This document shows, in pieces, positions 39,511-50,972 of a stretch of DNA of 64,000 nucleotides. Within the stretch, counting starts at the first letter, position 1. Each line of letters opens with the position of its first letter. Source of the stretch: Camelus ferus (taxonomy: Eukaryota). Made by a program: the position numbers and the translations under genes. Under the pieces are notes generated by a model. That model was given only the letters and a program-made list of their open reading frames with translations. It ran no database searches and was not told the DNA's origin. Location of the stretch: NCBI RefSeq assembly GCF_009834535.1, contig NC_045697.1, positions 71,984,001-72,048,000 on the forward strand, given 5' to 3'.

Positions 39511-42500
39511 CTTTGCTCGAGACCACTAGCCTGGCCCTCCATTGAAATAAGCCAAGAGTTACCGCCTCTCACTGGACCAGAAACGAATGAAAGGAAAAAT
39601 CTAACAATAGCTAAATAACTACCACAAGCAAAAGACTGAAGCAGAAAATATCTTTTGTGGGGCTTTTGTGCCTACTCTTCAGTCATGCCTGCTCTTCCAG
39701 AAGAAGGCAGAGCCTTTATGCTACCTCTCAAGTCCAGATTCAAGCAATCATTACATCTCAAACAAACCACTGCAGTTTCCTCCTTAGCTCCAGTCTCGAC
39801 CCACTCTGACACATTTCACTCTCTCACGCAGATGAATTTTCTAAAATACAAATCTGATCCCTTTCCACTTTTGTTTGAAATTCCTTAATCAGATATATCA
39901 TTCTACTGCACATTATAGTTACATGTGCATATGTTATACGTCCACCTATAAACTGTAAAGTCATGTGAGGGACAAATCACCTTACTCAGATTAAACAATT
40001 CACACTCACTCATTTGAAAAATATATAATAAATACATGTTATGTACCAGGCACTATAGTAGCCCCTAGAGAGATGCATCAGACCATTCCCTTCAATTCGT
40101 TTAAAAGCGTGTAAGGGGGTTGGGGGCCATATAAACAGAAAATTGTAATACATATAAAATTACATATTATAATATAATTGCAATATGTAATATGTCGTGA
40201 TTGCACAGGCACCAATTAATCTAGGATTACATAGAAGGGGCTCCTACTAAATCCTTGAGCAGACTAAGAAAGGATTCTCAGAAGAGGTAATGTCTAAACT
40301 GATACCTGAAGTGCAAGCAGGTGCATATGGAGAACCAGGAACAACAGGTGGTCCATTAGGACTGGAGTAGGAGCGAAGGATAAGGCTTGAGAAATATACA
40401 GGAACCAGATCAATAAAAGGCTTAAGCCACATTAAACTGTTTGAAGTTTATCTTGAAGGCATTTAATTGTTTTAATAAAAACTGGCCACTCTAATTAAAG
40501 TATAGTCGTTATTTGAAATATTTGTTGAAGTGAAGAGCTAAGTGTGATTAGCATAATAAAAAAAAGTTTCAGGAATTCAAAAAAAAGAGAAATCAGCAAA
40601 TCAGTGCTGGTGGTGATGCCCCAGAAAGGTTTTATGGAGGAGTTTAGCTGGGCTTTTAAAAATTTAAGATTTTGATAGGGGGCTTCCAGGAAAAGTGGGA
40701 CAGTCCAGTTGGAAACAGGAAGGGTGCAAGAAACATAATGAGGTAACAAGTGGTTGAGTAGAAGTATAAGGTGAATTCAGAGAAGAGTGAATAGTATTGT
40801 TTGACAAGTGCGAGGTCTGGACAGGTAGGTTGACATCCCAGGATCAACCCTGAGATGCAGGGCCTGAATGCCAGGCCCCAGATTTAGACTTCACCAGCCA
40901 AAAGACAATTCTAAAGGAGGAGGAGGTCTGGGGGAGGTCTGAAAGAAGAGAGGCATTCTCCAAGGACTCCTTTAGGAAAACTGAAAACAAACTGAAAGAG
41001 ACTTAAAAACAAGGTTCAGGCAACCAGGTGATAGAAATGTGAAAGAAAAAAAAAGATATAGGAGATGTGCTGCAAGATACCTACTAAAAGAACAACAGGT
41101 TGGGTGACGGTGAGAAACAAAGGTTGCCTCCTGTGCCAACCTACCACACCCGCACCCACATCTCCAGCACCCCCACTAACCCTCTCCGGGAGACCAATTT
41201 ATCTGAATGGGGGCATTTCCCGCAGCTTAATGTGATAACTTGGAGAATGAGGATCTTCCTTGTTATCAAGCTGTTTAACATATGGGTCTACACGGAAGAA
41301 CTTGGAGATAAGGTGTTTTGAAGAGGAAATAAAGAGAGAAGAAAAAAAACACCTGGAGAATGATAAAGGAGCATATGAACAAACTAAGGGTGGCACTGAG
41401 CCCTTTCTTAAATCCCCTAAGTTAGTCGCCCAGGCTCTCCGCTCAGGGGGGCTTTCTTTTGTACTCTGGAAACGCCCTGCAATAGACCAGACTTACACCC
41501 AGTCTCGGGCCCCAGAGGCCCACTTGGCTAAAAGAGCTCCCTCCTCCCGCTTCTCCAGGCTGCCTCTTCTACCTGCGCTTTGTACCCTCAGAAACCATAA
41601 GAAGCAGAACAATAAACTCAATTATTCTGCTGTCTCCAGTTTGAACTCAGATCACCTTGCTCTCTCAAAGCAACAAGTTAACTTACTAGTACTTAGGCAC
41701 ACTGAAAAAATATTAGGAAACCTTCCAAAATTATCTAAATTTTGTAGTACCATAGTCTTATCACCTGGGAAAAGCTGACCTCAGCCTTCACGCAAAGGAA
41801 TAATGTTATTTGTAAATAGACCTCATGGGAGATTCAATAAATGGCCCAGAGAAGTAAGTTCTATTTTTTCAAATGTTTTCAAAGTTAGAAAATCATATAT
41901 ATTATTACTCTATTTTGTTGTAGGTGAGGAAACTGAAGTTGTATTCTTTAAGATATGGAGATATTAATGGCCCTAAATTTTACTCCAGACTGGATGGTTT
42001 CCTGCTGGAGCAGATATAAATGCTAGCAAATTAATAGATTCTTCTGGAGTAGCATTTCATTTGACATCATTTAACCGACAATTGTTGTTTTAATCACGAC
42101 GTTTTAAAACATCAAACGTTTGCTAAGTCTGATTAAGTGATAAATTTTCCTTGGCTTCCCTTTGTTTCCAAAGTAATTATGGACTTCTTCCCATCCTTTT
42201 TGATGCCCACAGAGGCCATAATAAAGGTAGTTAAATATAAAAACATAAGAATGAGAGACAAACATATAATTTACCTACTGAGGTATCCTACTTACTCATA
42301 AACTGGGAATCACATTGCTAATAAACAACCAATTTTCCTAAATAATTTAGGTGTATTTTCCAGTGTCTCTGCCAAGGTGTGGCTCAGAAGTCTTTTTTCC
42401 CCTTATAATTCATCAACAGTGCAAGATAAGGAGATAATTTAAGTCAAGACAATATGTGGGCTACAGATATGCAGCTGCAAGTCAAGTCCCCAAGCTTCTT

Positions 42501-43978
42501 TCCAAGCGTAGACTGCCCCTGCCTAGAAAGGCTTTCGTCAGCGTAGCTGTTTCCCCTCAGTTGAAGGGACTGCAACTAGACAGAAACTGCTTAGGAAGTT
42601 GTTTCTTTTATTTTATTTTCTAAAGTATCAATATATTATGGCGTCAGTACAGTTTTTCCAGCATATCATTTCCTAGACATTAAACCAACTGTAATGTCAG
42701 TCAGAACTGGATCTATAGTTAGTTAACTAAAGAACATGCCTAAGAGGACCACATGGCCCTTCTAGAGCCATATTCTATGCCATCAGAAACTTATACTTCT
42801 TGAATACTGTATGTTTTAATTGAGATAAGATATTTCTAACACAAAGAATGCCAAACTATAATGTTATTAGCAAAGAATGTATCTGGTTAAAGTTTCCCTA
42901 ACTGTAATGTAAGGTCAGATACACTGGGAAATGCTTCATTTCCAACAATGGAGTATAATATTCAGCATTTCCCAAGCATCCTGGACCACGAAAACTTTTT
43001 GTAGCACAAACTAACATTGCCCAGAAGTGACTAAACAATAGGGAAAATACTGCATACTGCCATTCATCATCAGTTGTCAACGGCACAAAAGCAGAAGAAA
43101 AAAAAATCAAAGCACTGAGTTTTTAAAAGTAGAGAGGAGTTCTGGGAAGGATGCTGAAAGTACATTTTGCCTACTTCACAAAGAACTACCACAGAATATT
43201 CATTACAGAAGTAACTAGGGAATCTATAATATGATCATTTTTGGAGTTTATTGACAGATAAGATCTTAATTGCTCCTAGGTAACTCACAGCGGTCCTTAA
43301 ATCCTAGGAATTACCAAATGCCTAGATAATTCTGTTTACATGTACTGAGATAGATTTTTTTTAATTTTGAGTGAATATTAAAATCAAACCCTTGACGTGA
43401 CAGATGACTGAAAACTACGGCTCTAAACGCAGTTCGGCCACCAACAGGATGTGTGACATTGGCCTCAAGGTTCCCTTAGTCTCTCTATCTCTGTAAATAG
43501 GCCCTTCAGCCTAAATGCCTTCTGTAACGTACACCAGAAAAAAAAAAAAAAAAAAAAAACTACAGTATATCTCGTTGGCACCGAGTAACTGTTAACGAGG
43601 GTGGCATGTGAGCCTCTGTCTGCTGAGAAAACTTCAGTACACCATTCTTACCTAAAATGCATCTCTTAAAGTGCTTCCCGCCCTCAACTACTTCGTAAAC
43701 TTTTCTATAAAATGTTATAATCACTAGCGTCTGGCCGCTCAGCTCATCAAGCATAAATCTGCGATTTCTGGCTCCCTCAACACCGCCAGCCCTTGAACCC
43801 TGCCTGACTAGAAAGCCGGGTCTAGTGAAAAGCAAGGACCACCAATCAGCTTCCGCCTCACACTTGAAAAACGTAACGAAATTCTTCCTCCTGCACTTCT
43901 CCCCCAATAAACAGCGTTCGTGTGCAAATGGACGTCTCCGGACACCCCGCGGGGAAGGGCGGCCTGCCCGAGCCTTAC

Positions 43979-44197
43979 CTGGTTGAAGTGCAGCTGCCCG
44001 GGCTCCGGGGCGCCCTCCGCGTGGGCGGCTCCCAGCTGCTCCAACAGGCGCCCGAGCTGCGCCGCCGACAGGCTCCGGTTCGCGCCGAACACCCTCAGCA
44101 CATCCTCGCTGAAGGCGAGCCCGGGCCCCGCCGCCGCCTCTCCGAGGCCGGCAGCCGCCAGCAGTAGGAGCCCAGCCACCGCCCGGCCCGGGGCCAT
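43979..44197 (-). CDS. SLC39A8: SLC39A8/ZIP8 first coding exon (exon 2 by human numbering), codons 1-73 including signal peptide
   Basis: Translates [73 protein letters not shown], the ZIP8 N-terminus. ATG at 44197 in good context (AGGATGG); donor CAG|GTAAGG; 219 nt, phase 0. Confidence 0.97.
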
Positions 44198-44454
44198 CCT
44201 GGCCGGGGCTGCCCGTCGAGGGCCGGAAAAGGACTGGAGCACACAAGGGACGCGCCAGGCGCACCGGCGTGGGTGCCCAAGGACGCGCGGGTCAGGCGTC
44301 GGCGTCGGTCCGAGTCAGCGGTGGCGCGGTGCGCCCCTGGTCCTCCGCCGCCTTGGAAAGAGCAGCCGCCCGCGACCTGCCGGGCATTGAAGTGGCGGTG
44401 CAGCCGGGGGTGTGGAGCGATAGACAGAGAGGGCCCCCGGGCCTCCTGGAGAGC
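44198..44454 (-). other. SLC39A8: 5' UTR part of the first coding exon
   Basis: Polypyrimidine tract plus AG (ctttatctctgtccccctttgtcctctttatctcag|G) opens an exon at 44454, 257 nt before the ATG. Confidence 0.8.
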
Positions 44455-46079
44455 CTGAGATAAAGAGGACAAAGGGGGACAGAGATAAAGGCCACCGGGC
44501 CACCCGCTGGCCGGCCCCGGGAGCACTGTGAGGCCGGAGCCCTCGAACGCCCGGCCGGGCAAGGGGCCAACTGCCCCGGAGCCGGGTTTGCAAACGTCCC
44601 AGGATTAGCGTACAGAGTGATGACACATGCTCCTTCCGGATATGAAGCCCCAAACCACGCCACTTCTTAGGGAGAACTAAAACCTTACTGGCTGTAGAAC
44701 CCCACCTCCTCTTCCTTTCTTTCTGCTGCATTCCCGCAGAGCAAACTTAGAAGGGGTGAGACGTGCAGTCCCCGAGGAGCTGCAGGAAATGGCCCTTTGG
44801 GGTCCTGAAGTTTGAGCGTCTAAACGAGACCCTTCCTTTCCCAGATCTCTTCTCTCAATTGGCAAGCTAGTGGGTTAGCTAGCCTGCTAACTAACCTCTC
44901 ACCTCGCCTGTTTGTTTCTGCGTCTATGTCCACGTGAATCAGTCTCTCAATCTCTCTCTCTCTTTCTCTGTCTCTCTCTCAACACTATCTCTGGCAAATC
45001 CGCTGTGAAACTCCGAGATCCGGCCCGGCGCTCTTTACAGATAACAGGAGGAGGACCCTGTCCCCGCCTCCCTGCAGCACGTGGTGACACACTCCCCAGC
45101 CTGAACTACCGCGCGCGTCCACGCCGGGGCGCACAGCCGCTGGCCTTTGCTCTTGGCTCTCTCTGTGCCCTCCCACCCTCAGCCGAGCCGGCTCCCCACC
45201 CTCATCCCCAGGGGTTACCTGAATGCCACCTCCTTGTCGATATCCCTACCCTCCATTCTGGTCTGGTGGTCTCTTTGTTACCTTGTTGAAACCAGTTTCC
45301 TGAAATAGAGTCTGGAGCCCTTTGCATTGTCTAAGAGAATAGCAGGAATTGCTTTTTTGTCTTACTAGTCAGGAGAAAAAGGAAACCAAATCTGTAGCGT
45401 TGGTGGCAAGCTAACTGAGCCAGCACGGCTCAAGCTGGCCCTTCCTGACGCCACACAGGATATCCGCAGATCAGAATCAATGTTTGTTTGTTCAGATGAG
45501 GGTTCAAGAAAAGCTGACTTAGGTGTGTGGTCAACAAGTTTGTGCAAAGTGAATGCGGTGTTTAGGGGCAAAGGTTGTGTCTGGTGGCTGTTAACTGTCC
45601 AGAAACAAAGTGAAACCACGATTCACTGTTACAGGGCTAAAGACAAGAGGAATTCAAAGTTTTGTTCTTGGGTTACATGGGGTAGAGAGCACAGTCCCCT
45701 AAAACAGCACATTTTAAAAGAGACACTAAGTCCAGACAAGGGGCTGGGAAAGAATCTCATTTCCCATAAGGAACTGTGATGATGGAAGAAAGAGACAGGG
45801 AGAGAAAATTCCAGAAGGATGAGGCTCTAGGGGCACATAACTGAAGGGGTGTCATGTTAAGAGGGTTTAACTGTATTCTAACTACAGAGGGCAGAAAGTA
45901 GAAGTAACAAGGCAAAGTTACCAAGAGGAAGGTTTTTGCAGAAAGTAAGGCACAGCTGCTTTGGGAGGTAGTGATTTCCCCATGATTGAAGGTGATTCAA
46001 ACCCATGGGTGTGTAGTAGAAGGATTCCTGTCTTCGAGAGAGATCAATAAACTGATCTTGATGGTGTGTGTATTTGTTT

Positions 46080-46381
46080 AAAAAAAAAAAAAGCAAACAG
46101 ACTCACAGACATAGAAAATAAACTTATGGTTACTTAGGGGGAAAGGAGTAAGGAAGGGATAAACTGGGAGATCTGGATTTGCAGATACACACTACTGTAT
46201 ATAAAATAGATAAACAGCAAGGTCCTACTGTAGAGTACAGGGAGCCATATTCAATAGCTTGTAGTAACCTATAATGAAAAAGCATATGAAAACGAATATA
46301 TGTATGTATATATATGACTGAAACATGCTGTACACCAGAAACTGACACAACATTGTGAACTGACTATACTTCAATTAATAA
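46080..46381 (+). mobile_element. L1 3' UTR fragment
   Basis: AAACAGACTCACAGACATAGAAAA...GACTATACTTCAAT. Confidence 0.85.
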
Positions 46382-47629
46382 ATCTATGTATTGTTGATAT
46401 TAATTTACAAAATAATATTGGTGCAAAAAGGAGAAATATTTTACCCAAAGGCCAGAAGTAAGTTCATGTCACACTTAAGCTCTTAAATTACACAGTTGAT
46501 GGGATCACTTCAAGATTTTTCTTGAGTTCTTAAATATGGTCTGTTGCCTGTTTTTCCTTTTGGCCCCAGAAACTCAAGATGATTCTTGGAAATCAATGAA
46601 CATTCTAATGGTTCGTCTACACCCAACAAGCTGTACATTGCCAACTTGAACTGCAGTGTTGAGAAGTTGATAAGATATTTGACTTTCCACAAATGGTTAA
46701 TGGATTTCAAGTAATACAAATTTTATATTGTAGATTTTTAAAATAAAATTTTATTTATCAGCCATTCGTGTATATATATTTTGCCAGTCCCTCAACCCCA
46801 CAAGACAATAAATAGTAAAATAAATGATAATCAACCTGCTAGGAAACTTTACCAAAAACAGTTAACATAATGTAAGCACTCAATTAAAAGAGAGTATTCA
46901 GACAATTATAAGCTACTAACTACCAAATTGGTGAGGCCGGGTCTAAATCTCCACTCTGATGGAACATATTCACCAAAGCGCTACTCAGACAATGTTTTAG
47001 GGCCCAAAATATAGCATTCTACCAGCAATATCATTACTGAAGGAAAGGACTTCCAATTTAAAATATAAGGTGTAATGTAAAAACTACTTTTTCTCAGAAA
47101 TTTGCCTTAAAGATCAAATAATTTTCAATAATAATAATGAAAGGAGAATGCAACAAACACTGGCCAGGATACTGAAAGATGTCTTTATCTTTCTGACTGT
47201 GTCACCTGAGAAAGTCATTTGCCCTAACTCAATTACTTCATCTATGAAACAAGAAAACTGGGGTAGAAATACAGATATCCATTCCAACCTTTTCATTTCT
47301 AAATGTCTAATTTAGAAGTCATCTATCAGAATAACATGTGAAACACCTAGGAGAGAAATGAAAAGTTCATTTCTCCAATGGAAAGGGCATTTAACCTCAA
47401 ATCTTTTTTTTTCCAGATAGCTTCAAATTTTTCTCAGTCCAAATTTTTTGGTACTATTGCAAATAAGGAACAACTTGGCCACCTTTAAATTTTTTCATGC
47501 AATTTGCATTCATTTCCCTGTGGAAGGACTAAATGCAAATCTAGGGGATGGTATTTCCCTGTTCCCTTCTTTCCCTTCCCTCCTCTTCCTCTCCCTTCCT
47601 GTTCCAAAGCCGTCAAGGGAGCATAGCAT

Positions 47630-49440
47630 AATAAAGCATATCCATGTGGAGGGCAGTCTCAGTGGTCCAAAGAAAGGTGTTAGAGACAGAACCGGGGAGA
47701 AGGCTATCCAAGTGGGAGGGAAATTTAGTGGGGACAGAGTCCAAGCAGGGTGACAACGGTGTCCAGATTGGGAGAGGAAACATTGAAAATCAGAGGATGC
47801 ACCCCTAACCGGGTAAGAGTGTGTGCAGGCACCCAGCACCCAAGTATGAGAGGAGCATCCTTCCCAGTATGTTGTCAGAGCCAAAGCTGGAACAGGGGGG
47901 CATCTCCACAAAGCAGTGGCCTGGTGTGGGGTGTCAGAGTCAGAGCAAAGATTGGAGGGCATCCTTGGGTCACAGGAGAGAAAGAGGCAGCCAAGCGTGG
48001 AGTCAGAGCATGGGTGAGTGAGGAAGGCATCCATGCTTGATGGTGGCCCTGCACAGAACGTGCATAAGGATAAGGATGAGGAGGGAAACCCTGCCAAGCA
48101 GCAGCATGAGCTACCAGAGTCTGTACGGTGAGGAGGGCAGCCTGACAAGGGATGTGTGATAGTGTGATTTATAATAAGAAATATATATGTGGTCTTCACC
48201 TCAGTTTCTGGTGCAGTGCTCCTAAACCCTTGGAATTTCCTAAGTGATGGGAGCATTAAAGGTGACCTTTGGACCCCACCTAAGGATGGGGGCTGGTTGC
48301 CAGGAGAACCAACCTTGTGATTAGAAGTTGGAACTTCTAGCCCCACCTTCTTGACCTCTCACGGGAGGTGAGGGGCTGGAGGTCGGCGAAGCCTTCATAA
48401 AAATCCAAAGGGACCGAGCTGGGAGAGATTGCAGGTTAGTGAACAGGCGGAGACTCGTGGAGAGGTGCATTCAGAGGGAAGAAGCTCTGCCCACTTTCTC
48501 CAAATCTTATCCTATGCATCTCTTCTATCTAGCTATTCCTGAGTTACATCCTTTTGTAAAACACTGGGGATTGAGTAAGTAACATGTTTCTTTTGAGTTC
48601 TTGAGTCATTGGAACCTTTGATCTATAGCCAGTCTATCAGAAGCTCAGGTGGCAACCTGGACTTTGTGTAGCATGGGGGGTGGGTGACAGTCTTGTACAA
48701 TTAAGTCCTGAAACTGTGGGAATGAACTGAGTTGAATTGTAGGACACCCAGCTGGTGTCTGAGAATCGCTTGGATGTGTGGGGAAACCCACCCCCCCATA
48801 TTGAAATTTGGGTGCAGAATTACAGGAGGAGAAGAAGGAGGGAGTCAGGAGGGAAGGAGATGGCATCAGAAATAGATTAATTACACGTAAAGGGATCCAT
48901 TAAACAGGTAAATATATTAAAGGTAATAGTAGCCAGTTTTCTCATTGTCAGAGAGGGGAGTTGCAAACATCAAGAAGAAGGAACCTTGAATGAGCCCATG
49001 ATGCTGTGTTGGAGAGATCAGCATTAATTCATGGTTTTCAGTGTATAAACAGATAAAGCAGATATTGTTGGAGATGATCCCTAGCTTTGTCCCACTGGGA
49101 GGGGTTGCAAACACCTAAAACCAAGAAACATACCTAAGCCCCCGAGCTTGGCTTCTAAAAACTGTTCTCCGCTAATAGGAACCAGGGCTCCTTAGAAAGA
49201 GGATTGATTCCAGGACTGGGCAGGCAAAGACCGAGATGAACCTGGAATCTCTTGCTGTTCCTGAAAGCAAGGAAGTGGTCAAAGAATGTAGGAAACACAT
49301 GTTAAAGTATTTCAAGATAATGGAATATCAGAGCAGCAAATTACACTCAAATGGCTCAGCAGGGAAAAGGTCTTTGTACTGTGTTTGTAACTTTTCTGTA
49401 AGCTTGTCATTGCTTCAAAACTTAAAAAGTAAAATGTTGA
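47630..49440 (+). mobile_element. Ancient L1MD/L1MC-like 3' region split by an LTR
   Basis: Degenerate GTCAGAG...GAGGGCATCC units, then GTAGCCAGTTTTCTCATTGTCAGAGA and GGAACCAGGGCTCCTT...GATTCCAGGACTGGGGCAGG. Confidence 0.6.
48153..48820 (-). mobile_element. MER21-like LTR
   Basis: TGTGATAGTGTGATTTATAATAAGAAATATATAT...CTCCTAAACCCTTGGAATTTCCTAAGTGAT...GGACACCCAGCTGGTGTC. Confidence 0.7.
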
Positions 49441-50751
49441 GCATTAATAAGGAAACGAGAAAGTTCCTGTAACAAATTACATAGGAATTAAAACTAAAAT
49501 TTTGCTAAAATCCCAACTTAGTAATATTCCATGAAATTAATTGAGTCATTCAATTCATATTTTTAGCATTGGCATCACAGTTCATGCTGTTTAGGGAAAC
49601 AAGAGTGAAAATACACATTTTGTTTTCCCTTTAAGAGGCCCATAGGGTTAGACTGAAGGGAGGTGGTTGCTATAATGGAGATTGTACAGGCTGCAGAGGA
49701 GTGAGAGAGGAGGACTTAGGTCTGCAGAGGATGCTGAGCAAATAATTCACAGAGCAGGTAACCCTTGAGCTTGAAGAACAGGTAGAAGTTTGACAGAAAG
49801 GCAGGGAGAGGAAGCACATTCCAGGACGAAGAAATGCAAAATAAAAAGCCCTGAGAGACCTGACAGAGCACGGAGAAATACAAGAGGGTCTTTGGTACTA
49901 GAGAGTCTGGAGCCAGAACTCAAAGTTCCACTGGGTCAAAGATGTCTTCATCTAGTGAAACTTCAAAAGATTCCTCATGATCATCAGCTGTAAAATTCTC
50001 CTCGGTGAATGTAAACCTCCCCTTTCCTGTATTCCAAGCATCAAATGATATTCATGTCTTATTATTGCAAACATGCCACATGTAAGTCTCAAATAGAAGC
50101 CAGGTAATGACTCTATCCAGATTGGACGTGACTCAGCCATCGACGCTACAGACAATACAGGTAGGAATCAGATTTCTGCAAGTCCTCTCTGATCTTGACT
50201 CAGTCTATAAAATGGGGATTTAAATAATTTCAGCTCAATCTGTGTCACTGAATGACTGTGAAAATCAGAGAGGGAAAGGTGTGTGAAAACTCTTTATAAA
50301 CTGTGTAACAGAATATCAGTATTATTACACGCTTCTCATCACGGTAAGGTAGTGTGACCTGTGTGATCAGGTGAGTTGCTATTGGAAAACGGACAAAAAC
50401 AACCAAGACCCTTGGAACAAAGACGACTTTATACTGAACTAAATTCTTGAGGTTTTTTTTCCAGGAAATCAAAGTGCTAATCAGAAATGGAAAGAAAGAT
50501 AGACATCATTCTATTCGCTCTAATCTGGTCATTTTGGCGTGAGGAGAGGAAAGCTCAGGGGAGCTGAGTGCCACGGTCCAGTAACTCTCGGGCCTAAATC
50601 TGCCTTTTTCCATTTTACCACCCAAAGTAAACACCAGTCAATGTTTGGAGAATATTACACGTGACTTTTCGATTGAGTAAATGAAACTGGAAATTAAATC
50701 AGCCTATGTTCTTCCCAACTCGTCCTCCTCCTTTCTCTTCAGCTCTTTTCT

Positions 50752-50972
50752 TTTACTTTTTTAATTGAAGTATAGTCAGTTTACAGTGTGTCAGTCTCTG
50801 GTGTACAGCATAACAGTCCAGTCATACATATACATACACATACATATATTCCTTTTCATATTCTTTTTCATTATAGGTTACTACAAGATACTGAATATAG
50901 TTTCCTGTGCTATACAATAGAAATGTTGTTTAATTTATATATAATAGTGTCTGCAAATCTCGAACTCCCAAT
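50752..50972 (-). mobile_element. L1 3' fragment with perfect 16-bp TSD
   Basis: TCTTCAGCTCTTTTCT at 50736-50751 and 50973-50988 brackets a minus-strand L1 3' end. Confidence 0.9.

Larger units (their letters stand above)
43930..45200. promoter_or_regulatory. CpG island / SLC39A8 promoter region
   Basis: Very GC- and CpG-rich 43.93-44.6 kb with a second patch at 45.0-45.2 kb; GC box CCCCGCCTCC 45062-45071; CACGTG at 44931 and 45078. Confidence 0.85.

Noticed and set aside
41260..41778. 172-aa plus-strand ORF
   Set aside because: Antisense intronic, non-ATG start and no recognisable homology.
43560..44731. Many overlapping long ORFs (123-234 aa) on both strands
   Set aside because: Stop-poor CpG-island sequence; only 43979-44197 matches a known protein and splices in frame.
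47700..48150. Repeat-spacer pattern suggestive of CRISPR
   Set aside because: Mammalian DNA, highly degenerate units and no cas genes.
47510..48346. 278-aa minus-strand ORF
   Set aside because: Runs through LTR and L1-like repeat sequence with no recognisable domain.
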